From a virus: a stretch of 64,000 nucleotides of DNA. The notes below the pieces were generated by a model. The model was not told the DNA's origin, made no database searches, and saw nothing but the letters and a program-made list of their open reading frames with translations. This document shows, piece after piece, positions 56,988 to 64,000 of this stretch. The DNA is taken from positions 117,956 through 181,955 of the IMG/VR virus record IMGVR_UViG_3300005259_000074, one strand, 5' to 3'. The first letter of the stretch is position 1; every line of letters starts with the position of its first letter. The translations under genes were made by a program, and so were the position numbers.

Positions 56988-57062
56988 TGGTGCGCTCGGA
57001 GAATTTTGAAATCTCGACTCTCTGGTTAAAAGCCAGATACTCTGCCTCTGAGTTACGAGCGC
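56988..57062 (-). tRNA. tRNA-Lys(TTT)
   Basis: TCTGG-CTTTTAA-CCAGA; ACCA. Confidence 0.9.
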
Positions 57063-57100
57063 ATATTTCTAATCAGCACCTGAGACTTTCACATCTCATT

Positions 57101-57177
57101 TGGTGGGAGAACCGGGTTTCGATTCCGGATATCCTGCTCTTCAGGCAGGAGCTCTTGACCGTTTGAGCTATTCTCCC
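57101..57177 (-). tRNA. tRNA-Phe(GAA)
   Basis: CCTGC-CTGAAGA-GCAGG; ACCA. Confidence 0.9.
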
Positions 57178-57186
57178 ATAAACTTC

Positions 57187-57261
57187 TGGTATCCCGTGTC
57201 GGTATCGATCCGACTTCCCCTGGATGAAGGCCAGGCATCCTAGCCAGTAGACGAACGGGAC
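57187..57261 (-). tRNA. tRNA-Glu(TTC), C33 variant
   Basis: CCTGG-CCTTCAT-CCAGG; ACCA. Confidence 0.85.
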
Positions 57262-57424
57262 AAATGTGAATGAGATGTCTCGCGACATACCAGTTGCAAG
57301 CAACTGTCTCACTCATATTCAATGATCACCGGCTTCCGATCTCTCGTCCGCCTAATCCAATTATACACCACGTGGTGAAAATTGTAATAGGACTTTCGAA
57401 AAATCTTCGACCTTTCTTTCGAAC

Positions 57425-57499
57425 TGGAGCTGGTTCCCGGTGACGATCCGAGGTCTGTGGGATACGAATCCACTGCTCTACCATTTGAGCTAAACCAGC
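57425..57499 (-). tRNA. tRNA-Thr(CGT)
   Basis: Loop TTCGTAT; TCCA; first tRNA of the operon. Confidence 0.9.
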
Positions 57500-57509
57500 A
57501 TCATCTTCT

Positions 57510-57540
57510 AAAACTAAGAAGCCCTGCTTTTCTGCAGGGC
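57510..57540 (-). terminator. Intrinsic terminator (attenuator) ahead of the tRNA array
   Basis: GCCCTGC-AGAAAA-GCAGGGC-TTCTTAGTTTT. Confidence 0.7.
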
Positions 57541-57575
57541 CCGTTCTAATCTTCATCTTTGATTTCGAACAGACC

Positions 57576-57647
57576 CTATGACGTGACTCCTTCAGCCGCA
57601 TCAAACATTGCGGTTTCATTTTTCTTATCTGTCATCACGTTCATCAT
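57576..57647 (-). CDS. Putative leader peptide MMNVMTDKKNETAMFDAAEGVTS
   Basis: GAGGA SD 9 nt upstream; stop codon overlaps the antiterminator strand; an alternative ATG at 57656 adds MIR. Confidence 0.65.
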   Translation of the reverse strand: MMNVMTDKKNETAMFDAAEGVTS

Positions 57648-57670
57648 ACGAATCATTCCTCTTCACAGTC

Positions 57671-57678
57671 TATTTATA
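57671..57678 (-). promoter_or_regulatory. Promoter of the tRNA operon: TATAAATA (also TTCAAA-N17-TATAAA)
   Basis: Exact T4-late motif on the minus strand just upstream of the leader SD. Confidence 0.65.
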
Positions 57679-57831
57679 CTGTGTGCTATGAAGTTTTTGA
57701 ACTGTCTGCCGAGAAAATGTGAAAATTCTTTTACCCCTATATAAGGTATAAATGAAGAAATGAAGTTATCGCAGGATGTTGTTCATTACCAACGAGTTAT
57801 AAGAAAAATGAAAGAAAATGATGAATTCTGC

Positions 57832-57864
57832 TGTACATCCTCCCTTATGGCGTTATATTAGACT
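57832..57864 (+). promoter_or_regulatory. Early-type promoter TGTACA-N16-TATATT
   Basis: Shares a 21-mer with 42801-42821; A-rich upstream element. Confidence 0.7.
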
Positions 57865-57908
57865 ACATAGGGAAACCAACAACGGCAACCCACAAATGGA
57901 GAACAGCG

Positions 57909-58067
57909 ATGAAAAAGAATCCGATTGCAAAGAAGCCTGTTAAACAGAAGACACCTTCTCTTTCAAAGTTACAGAAGATCAATGACAAGCGCATACACGA
58001 TGCGTGCGAGATGGATCCCGCTCTATGTGATGATGCATTCTGGGATAATCTCTGCAAGACATTATAA
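57909..58067 (+). CDS. Small hypothetical early protein; absent from ORF track
   Basis: MKKNPIAKKPVKQK..DDAFWDNLCKTL; GGAG SD. Confidence 0.55.
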   Translation: MKKNPIAKKPVKQKTPSLSKLQKINDKRIHDACEMDPALCDDAFWDNLCKTL

Positions 58068-58083
58068 TAAGTGAGGAAACTCC

Positions 58084-58506
58084 ATGAAGACGACGGTCGT
58101 CAAATACGGCCTCCAAGACATAGAGACCGGCAAGATAGTGGGAGTCACTGAACGTACCGCGTCGACTCCCGAGGAGGGGAACAGCATCGAGTACCAGCTT
58201 GACACTCACGGAGGAGAGCGAGAGTGGCTAGTCGACTCAGCGGAGCACGCTGAGTGGGTGCGTCTCAACGACACCGCGTATTACAATTCAGGTTACGACA
58301 CTCCTCAGCACATGGGATTGCGCCCCGAGCAGTTGAGAGTCATCAGAGTCAAGAAGGTTGTCGAGGTCACACCCGTCGAGGTGAAGATACCGACGAAGCT
58401 CGAACTCTACCGTAAGGTGTACGAAGAGGGCGTGACGATAAGGCCGGGCGGCTTCCTCATAGCGCCGACGGGCTGGGTCACCTCGCTATGTTGGAAGCTA
58501 ACATAG
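58084..58506 (+). CDS. Hypothetical protein (3' end possibly frameshifted)
   Basis: GAGG SD; -1 frame open to 58574. Confidence 0.6.
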   Translation: MKTTVVKYGLQDIETGKIVGVTERTASTPEEGNSIEYQLDTHGGEREWLVDSAEHAEWVRLNDTAYYNSGYDTPQHMGLRPEQLRVIRVKKVVEVTPVEVKIPTKLELYRKVYEEGVTIRPGGFLIAPTGWVTSLCWKLT

Positions 58507-58576
58507 ACGATTACGAGCCGTTGTACTGGGACTATGTGCAGTACTATAGAGACGTCGAAAAGAAGAGGATCTGAAC

Positions 58577-58897
58577 ATGCTGAAGAAACTCAGTAGAAAG
58601 AAGATTACATCTGGTTCGATCAGCGAAGTTGCAGATATCTTGACTGAATTCGCTGGAAAATATCCGAAATTCCAGAAAGAGTTAGACGATTTCATCTGGT
58701 CAAGGGGATCTTACCAGACACCTGATGTCGCAGATGACGATCCTGCTCTGATAGATGAGACCAAGAAGACCAACAGAGAAACTATAGTCAGGCGCATTTC
58801 AGAACTGACGTCGGCAGAAGACAGCGAGAGATTCCGCACTGCGCTAGCGAAATACATCGCGAATAAGAAATCACACGAAGGACTAGAGGAAAGTTGA
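58577..58897 (+). CDS. Hypothetical protein, paralog of the next gene
   Basis: KYPxxxKxLxxF..KKxN.E..TS.....FR..L shared. Confidence 0.65.
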   Translation: MLKKLSRKKITSGSISEVADILTEFAGKYPKFQKELDDFIWSRGSYQTPDVADDDPALIDETKKTNRETIVRRISELTSAEDSERFRTALAKYIANKKSHEGLEES

Positions 58898-58898
58898 T

Positions 58899-59264
58899 AT
58901 GTTGGAAGAAAAGTGGGTTGAATTCCTTTACAAGTTGTACGAGAAATATCCACAACTATCAAAAGATCTCCACGAGTTTGTTGTGCCGAAGGGACATTTT
59001 GATGATCGGATAGCGGCTGCTGGTCAAGATCTCGATAAAATGACAGCCGCAAAGAAAGCGAACCAAGAGGATTTCGTCAATTTTCTCGCATCAAAGACGT
59101 CACAGGATGAAGCGGAAGAATTCAGGAGGATCTTAGAAGAATGCCGCGCAGCTAAGAAAGTCCAGAAGGAACTCTTTGAGAAAAAGTGGGAAGATGAAAA
59201 GGAAAAGAGAAGCCACTGCTACAAGGCTGATGACTACATGAAAACGATAGGACGAGATGAATAA
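58899..59264 (+). CDS. Hypothetical protein, paralog of the previous gene
   Basis: Same shared pattern. Confidence 0.65.
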   Translation: MLEEKWVEFLYKLYEKYPQLSKDLHEFVVPKGHFDDRIAAAGQDLDKMTAAKKANQEDFVNFLASKTSQDEAEEFRRILEECRAAKKVQKELFEKKWEDEKEKRSHCYKADDYMKTIGRDE

Positions 59265-59475
59265 CCGATGAGCAATCACCCAAGACGACGAGAACGGTGT
59301 CGCGTCATTATGCGACAACTGGCCTATATTGGGAGAAAGATCAGATAAAAAGTGCTACTATTTTGAAGAGTCCGGTGATTTAATTCACTGTGAATACGAA
59401 GGGAAAGGATGCTCTTGCCTCCATGAGAAAGCGCTGAAAGAAGCGCTTGCGATGCACAGAATGAACGTGATATGA
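59257..59475 (+). pseudogene. Cys-rich family member with in-frame TGA at codon 5
   Basis: MNNR*AITQDDENGVASLCDNW..CYYF..CEY..CLHEKALKEALAMHRMNVI. Confidence 0.55.
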
Positions 59476-59493
59476 ACTGCGAAAGAACTTCAA

Positions 59494-59694
59494 ATGATCA
59501 TCACGACTGAAGAAGAGTACGAAGCTGCATTGAAGAGAGTCGAGAGCCTGTGGGTTGCCGAAGATGGCTCCTCTGAGGCCGACGAACTACACTCTCTCGT
59601 CCTCGCGATAGAGGAGTGGGATGACGAACACTATCCCATAGATCCACCTACAGCCGAAGCGGCGATTGAGTTCAGGAGAGAACAAGAGAAGTGA
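59494..59694 (+). CDS. Truncated HigA-like antitoxin lacking the HTH
   Basis: EEEYEAALKRVESLW.A..GS.EADEL..L...IE..D.EHYPIDPP...AIEFR.EQ then stop. Confidence 0.75.
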   Translation: MIITTEEEYEAALKRVESLWVAEDGSSEADELHSLVLAIEEWDDEHYPIDPPTAEAAIEFRREQEK

Positions 59695-59990
59695 ACTTGG
59701 AAGTGGTTTCTTCTCCAGTTGAATATTCGAAGCCGTCGTGGAATGACACGGTTATCCGGGATTCTAACGGTATGTACTGGATCATCGATAGTACAGCCCC
59801 GGGGAATTCTTTTTGTAAGCAGCGCCAATGTAAGGATGATGGGACGGAATTTGATAAGTCGACTATCGCTCGGACGGGGTTTGCGCGCCCGACGCACGAA
59901 CTTTTAGCTGATCTGGGAAGAGGAAGAATTATGATTTGTGAGAAGTTGACGGCGGAACTCAGATTGCTGAAGAAGATAGATGGAGTCTGA
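59691..59990 (+). CDS. Hypothetical protein
   Basis: Coupled ORF ending KIDGV. Confidence 0.55.
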   Translation: MNLEVVSSPVEYSKPSWNDTVIRDSNGMYWIIDSTAPGNSFCKQRQCKDDGTEFDKSTIARTGFARPTHELLADLGRGRIMICEKLTAELRLLKKIDGV

Positions 59991-59993
59991 TAG

Positions 59994-60425
59994 ATGCGTA
60001 TGAAATTGAGATTCTTACGCGAGTGGCAGAGCATCAATGACGCAAAAAGAAGTCTCTTAAATCAGTTACGACATAACTGGGAACCCTCTAAATGGCCAGA
60101 AGGAGTCGAGGAAGCCGTCCTCGAGAAGCTCAAGAAGTTTCCAAACTGCGACGGTTGGATCACCATGTATTTCCTCTCGACGGCGTTCTTCGTTGTATGC
60201 GCTCTGATATTCTCAGTGCCTTTTCTCATTGGCGTCCCAGTGCGGTCAGGAGCGGATCGCATGACAGTTGTCTTCTTCATTGTAACGTTGACGACTATAT
60301 CAATCTTCATCGTCAGCTCTATATTCATGATCGTGAAGAACACCCGGGCTGGCCAACAGATGTTGAATCAAGCACGCGAAAATCTACAAGACGGATTGTT
60401 AGATCATAAATTAGAGGAACTATGA
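59994..60425 (+). CDS. Two-TM membrane protein
   Basis: Two hydrophobic helices; ends KLEEL. Confidence 0.6.
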   Translation: MRMKLRFLREWQSINDAKRSLLNQLRHNWEPSKWPEGVEEAVLEKLKKFPNCDGWITMYFLSTAFFVVCALIFSVPFLIGVPVRSGADRMTVVFFIVTLTTISIFIVSSIFMIVKNTRAGQQMLNQARENLQDGLLDHKLEEL

Positions 60426-60715
60426 ACAACAAAGTCTTCAGAGGCGTTAAGACCGAGATGCTAGAAAAGAAATTTCATGCCGAACTGAAGAAGATGAATA
60501 TAGAAGAAGAATGCATATGTGAGATAGTATTCACAGATATGAAAGACCCTCGCTACATATTCATGACAGAATGTTGTGGTTATAGAAACAACAATTTCAG
60601 TGGACAGTGTATGTATGTCATCGATGATAGGCTTTCGATGAGGATATGCAATCATCCCAAGCGTGAAAAATTCATGCAAGAGACTTGTCTCTTAGTTGCG
60701 ATGGAGAGGATATGA
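60422..60715 (+). CDS. Cys-rich paralog family member
   Basis: FRGV..CGY..CMY..CNHP..AMERI. Confidence 0.6.
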   Translation: MNNKVFRGVKTEMLEKKFHAELKKMNIEEECICEIVFTDMKDPRYIFMTECCGYRNNNFSGQCMYVIDDRLSMRICNHPKREKFMQETCLLVAMERI

Positions 60716-61005
60716 ATCATTTTAAATATCCCTGCGGTGTAACATTCATAGAAAAAGCGGCGATGAATTCGCGGTGTTCTTTTTCATGTCCTCATGTTGC
60801 GTGTGAGAAATATCCTCGTCATAATGAATGTAATTCAAAGGCGTGGTTAAATTGGATCATGACATCAAGGTTAGAAGAAGAACTTCCAGGAGCCGACTAT
60901 TTCATCGGCGTAGATAAGTGCGGACATCCGTTAAACGAGAAAGTGAAAAGACATTCTCTACTTCTGTATGAGAATCTGGTGAAGAATACTGCGAGACAGA
61001 AATGA
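60712..61005 (+). CDS. Cys-rich hypothetical protein
   Basis: MNHFKYPCG..KCGHP; ATGA overlaps on both sides. Confidence 0.5.
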   Translation: MNHFKYPCGVTFIEKAAMNSRCSFSCPHVACEKYPRHNECNSKAWLNWIMTSRLEEELPGADYFIGVDKCGHPLNEKVKRHSLLLYENLVKNTARQK

Positions 61006-61250
61006 AGAATGCTGTAAGACATTATGAGACACACTCAGTATCATGCAAGTCTAGTGTTGACTGTTTCGTGTGCAATTATAATGTCATTGGAGAGTGTCTC
61101 TATAGAAAAGAAGATAGTAAACACAGATGTCAGTATGTTGGAAAGTGGTTCTTCAACAGAGGAGAGTGTTACAACAAGAGTGCAATAAATGAGGCTTTTA
61201 AAGAGAAAGCCACTGAGGTAAAAGTGTTGAGACAGATGGAGAAAATCTGA
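61002..61250 (+). CDS. Cys-rich paralog family member
   Basis: CLY..CQY..CYN..QMEKI. Confidence 0.6.
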   Translation: MKNAVRHYETHSVSCKSSVDCFVCNYNVIGECLYRKEDSKHRCQYVGKWFFNRGECYNKSAINEAFKEKATEVKVLRQMEKI

Positions 61251-61251
61251 T

Positions 61252-61503
61252 ATGTTTAGAGGTGTGATAAGTGAAGACATCAACGGCGGGAGGGAAGTCC
61301 TCTGCGACGGAGAAGCTTTCACCGAAGATGATCCTCGCTACTTCATGTCTCAAGAACAGTGCGGCTACTTTGAGGAGAACCGTGAAGGTGATTGTTTCCA
61401 CAGGTACAGGAAGGACCCAGGTGATTGGTGGACGTGCATCCACCCTCTCCACCGCTCGCTCGCTGAGGATACTCTGATCGAGATACGACTGGAGGGGATA
61501 TAG
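61252..61503 (+). CDS. Cys-rich paralog family member
   Basis: MFRGVI..CD..DDPR..CGYF..CFH..CIHP..RLEGI. Confidence 0.65.
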   Translation: MFRGVISEDINGGREVLCDGEAFTEDDPRYFMSQEQCGYFEENREGDCFHRYRKDPGDWWTCIHPLHRSLAEDTLIEIRLEGI

Positions 61504-61793
61504 TGTTTAAAGGCGTCATAGATCTGAGCATCAATAGTGAGAGGAAAGTATTCTGTGATAGCAATGCATTCTCTGGAGATGACCCTCGTTCTAAGTATCC
61601 CGAATCTTCGACTCTGTGCAGCCACTATAACGCGGGACCCGGGTTTGGCATTTCTTCTAAAGGATCTTGGACATGCATTCATCGAATCCAACGCTGCGAT
61701 AAAGGGTGGGGCATGTGCGATCACCCGGATGCTAAAGATCTTGCACTGACTACAGAAGAAGCTATACTAGAAGATAAACTGGAGAAGATATAG
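61503..61793 (+). CDS. Cys-rich paralog family member
   Basis: MFKGVI..CD..DDPR..CSHY..CIH..CDHP..KLEKI. Confidence 0.65.
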   Translation: MFKGVIDLSINSERKVFCDSNAFSGDDPRSKYPESSTLCSHYNAGPGFGISSKGSWTCIHRIQRCDKGWGMCDHPDAKDLALTTEEAILEDKLEKI

Positions 61794-62113
61794 TGTTCAA
61801 AGGGACTCTCGATCTCGACTACACTCACCTCAGCAGTAAAGAAATAGATGAAATAACTTCGTTGGCGTCGCCAGTCTTGTGCGACAGGTATTTGTTTGTT
61901 GGGGTTGACCTTAGGTCACAACTGATGGACCATGAGTGCGAGTGTTATGAATCAATGATGTCTCCTCAAGGATCAGTAAGTTGTCGTCATTTAAAGAAAA
62001 TTGAATCTAAAATAACAGGCCCGTGGCGAACGTGCACTCGACACGATGCACGACAGCTAGCTAAACATCAAGACGACGAGTGGAAAATCTTACTGAAATT
62101 GGAGAACATATGA
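61793..62113 (+). CDS. Cys-rich paralog family member
   Basis: MFKGT..CD..CECY..CRH..C..KLENI. Confidence 0.65.
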   Translation: MFKGTLDLDYTHLSSKEIDEITSLASPVLCDRYLFVGVDLRSQLMDHECECYESMMSPQGSVSCRHLKKIESKITGPWRTCTRHDARQLAKHQDDEWKILLKLENI

Positions 62114-62388
62114 AACCTCCTTATGTTCCGATGTTAGAAGTTGACACTATCGTCGATGTCGGTTATTCACTCAGAAGATCGGGAGGATATTTCATGGTGA
62201 CGAGTATAATAGGAAGTCACTATGAATTCAGGCGGTGCACTAAGTCCGGCAACAGATTTTTCAAGTATCTGATGGAACACGAATGTGAAGTAGTCGACCG
62301 CTTGATCGTCGACGGAGACAATCTATTGCACGTGATGGAAGAAGAGACGAACGAGTACAGACTCAACAAGAGGCTCCAATCGCTGTGA
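62110..62388 (+). CDS. Hypothetical protein
   Basis: MKPPYVP..; ATGA overlap; ends RLQSL. Confidence 0.55.
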   Translation: MKPPYVPMLEVDTIVDVGYSLRRSGGYFMVTSIIGSHYEFRRCTKSGNRFFKYLMEHECEVVDRLIVDGDNLLHVMEEETNEYRLNKRLQSL

Positions 62389-62675
62389 AGATAGAACACA
62401 ACATGGTGGTGAAGTGCGTCAGAGGAGGGGGCGGCCAGAGCGAATGGAAGAACTGGGGCACTGCACTGTATGTAGTGAAATTGACGAAAGAGAAAGGACA
62501 CTGCTTTCTCGAGAAATGTGAGAGTAAGTTTAAGAAAAATTTCAAGATAAAAAGTTGTCGAAGTTATAATCTCAAGGTGAAAACTGTAGAGAAGTTCATA
62601 ACCGAAGGTTCTTTCATTGTAGAAGAGAAGCTGTCAGCTGACTACAAAATCTTCTTAGAACTGGAGAAGTTGTGA
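62385..62675 (+). CDS. Hypothetical protein
   Basis: Coupled ORF ending ELEKL. Confidence 0.55.
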   Translation: MKIEHNMVVKCVRGGGGQSEWKNWGTALYVVKLTKEKGHCFLEKCESKFKKNFKIKSCRSYNLKVKTVEKFITEGSFIVEEKLSADYKIFLELEKL

Positions 62676-63118
62676 CTGTATTTGAACACAACAAAGAAGC
62701 AAAGAGGGTTAGAGATAGAGCTATCACACTCATGAAAGAATGTGAAGAAGCTTGGGAGGATAATCTCTTGTCAGCGCAAATAGCCATGTACATCTTAAAC
62801 TATCTGTTAAAATACCTCAAACAAGAATCGGCTCTTGTCGCTGAAGTCAAAGACTGCATTATCATGAGCGCGATATTCACCGTGCAGATACTCAACTTAT
62901 TGACGATCATCTATCCTAGTTCATATGATAGTGTTTCCTTTTACATTTTTAACACGTTGCAAGTAGTATTGTTGATAATCTTGATGAAGTATTCTACAAA
63001 ATACAGTCAAACACTGCTCGTGTTGAAGACTGTGACATCTGAGAATGATGACAAACTGAACGAAATCACAAGCAGTATGAGAGACATAATAGCAGAAAAT
63101 AAAATAGAGAGAATATGA
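62672..63118 (+). CDS. Membrane protein
   Basis: Two hydrophobic helices; ends KIERI. Confidence 0.55.
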   Translation: MTVFEHNKEAKRVRDRAITLMKECEEAWEDNLLSAQIAMYILNYLLKYLKQESALVAEVKDCIIMSAIFTVQILNLLTIIYPSSYDSVSFYIFNTLQVVLLIILMKYSTKYSQTLLVLKTVTSENDDKLNEITSSMRDIIAENKIERI

Positions 63119-63158
63119 ACTCAATGAATGAAAACATATTACAAATACAGGAGACGTA

Positions 63159-63167
63159 TGATATAAT
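63159..63167 (+). promoter_or_regulatory. Extended -10 promoter TGnTATAAT
   Basis: TGATATAAT upstream of the sigma gene. Confidence 0.55.
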
Positions 63168-63210
63168 ATAATACTTGTGAATTGAACTATGAAATAAAAA
63201 ATCAGGAGAG

Positions 63211-64000
63211 ATGATGCCAAAGAAATTGAAGTACGATAGGAACAAACAATCGGACATAGTTCAGTCTCAACACGCGTACAATCCTATCGACATATATGTC
63301 GAACAGATTGATAGACTCACTAGTTCTGAAGACTTGATCGAGAAGAATTTAAGATTCGCGCTGAAAGAAGCTCACAAATACAAGAACAACGGCATGGATC
63401 TCGAAGATCTTATTCAAGAAGCGAACAAGGGTCTCGTCGTCGCAGCCGAAAAGTACGATGCGTCGAAAGGTCCTTTCCTGCACTACGCGAAGTTCTACAT
63501 CCGTAAGTTCATCTTAGCCACATTGACCACGACGAATGGTTCTGTGTCTGAAGCATCGGGCCACAAGTACGCGGTGCGGATGATAAAGCGGACTAGGCAG
63601 AACTTGGTAGAAGCGGGGAATCTAAATCCGTCGATCAGCGATATCGCAGCTGCCTGTGGAAAGTCAGAACGCCAAGTGAAGTTCGCACTATCGGGCCAAG
63701 TGCAGGGTATAGTTAGGCTTGACATGCCGGTCGATCATCACAGCGGTGACTGTAATAGAGACACCCACGAAGTCATATCTCTAGACAATCTCGATGCCAA
63801 TGCCGACGGATATGGCTACAGCAGCTCTCCGGAGATGACCGCGATGGCAGCCGACCGAAGGGCAATCCTTACTAAGATGTTCTCAGAGTTGCCGGACCAG
63901 GAACGAGACGCCGTCATCAAACGCCTCATCGAGGGAAAGACTCTTCAAGAGATAGCGGAAGAACACGGTATGACAACGACTGGAGTCAAGGGTATCGTGG
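63211..64000 (+). CDS. Sigma-70 family RNA polymerase sigma factor, 3' partial; absent from ORF track
   Basis: Translated by hand: LIEKNLRFALKEAHKY..DLEDLIQEANKGL..AAEKYD..F.HYA.FYIR (region 2); LPDQER..KTLQEIAE (region 4); SD AGGAG. Confidence 0.9.
   Translation, partial: MMPKKLKYDRNKQSDIVQSQHAYNPIDIYVEQIDRLTSSEDLIEKNLRFALKEAHKYKNNGMDLEDLIQEANKGLVVAAEKYDASKGPFLHYAKFYIRKFILATLTTTNGSVSEASGHKYAVRMIKRTRQNLVEAGNLNPSISDIAAACGKSERQVKFALSGQVQGIVRLDMPVDHHSGDCNRDTHEVISLDNLDANADGYGYSSSPEMTAMAADRRAILTKMFSELPDQERDAVIKRLIEGKTLQEIAEEHGMTTTGVKGIV

Noticed and set aside
53437..57619. Track ORFs overlapping the tRNA array (for example 53793-54080, 54543-54944, 57326-57619)
   Set aside because: They run through clear cloverleaves and lack SD sites or protein motifs.
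1..64000. Stop-codon reassignment
   Set aside because: Long genes are intact under code 11 and TAA, TAG and TGA all end genes; only one isolated in-frame TGA was seen.

Overview
This window is a segment of a large T4-superfamily-like myovirus (probably jumbo phage) genome using the standard code. (1) 1-38 kb, + strand, late genes: tail tube-like, gp26/gp51-like hub chaperones, tape measure, gp53, gp27-, gp5-, PAAR-, gp25- and gp6-like baseplate genes, three paralogous fibre proteins, and three poly-serine proteins next to a glycosyltransferase/methyltransferase cluster. Several T4-type TATAAATA late promoters are present. (2) 38-51.9 kb: gp62-like clamp-loader subunit, amidoligase, vWA-metallopeptidase with MoxR-type AAA ATPase, ThyX, a KamA-family radical SAM enzyme and many small ORFs. 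(3) 51.9-57.7 kb, - strand: 22 tRNAs interleaved with permuted or distorted tRNA-like RNAs, unassigned structured RNAs, PTH2, NADAR and orphan antitoxin fragments. (4) 57.8-64 kb, + strand: early-type small ORFs and a sigma-70 factor cut by the window edge. The best candidate for a new system lies at the head of the tRNA operon: a 23-codon leader peptide made almost entirely of the amino acids carried by the downstream tRNAs, followed by mutually exclusive antiterminator and terminator helices. This looks like an attenuator that would switch on phage tRNAs and anti-toxin genes when host tRNAs are depleted. All product calls are from motif recognition by eye and all RNA folds are by hand; no database search or folding program was run.
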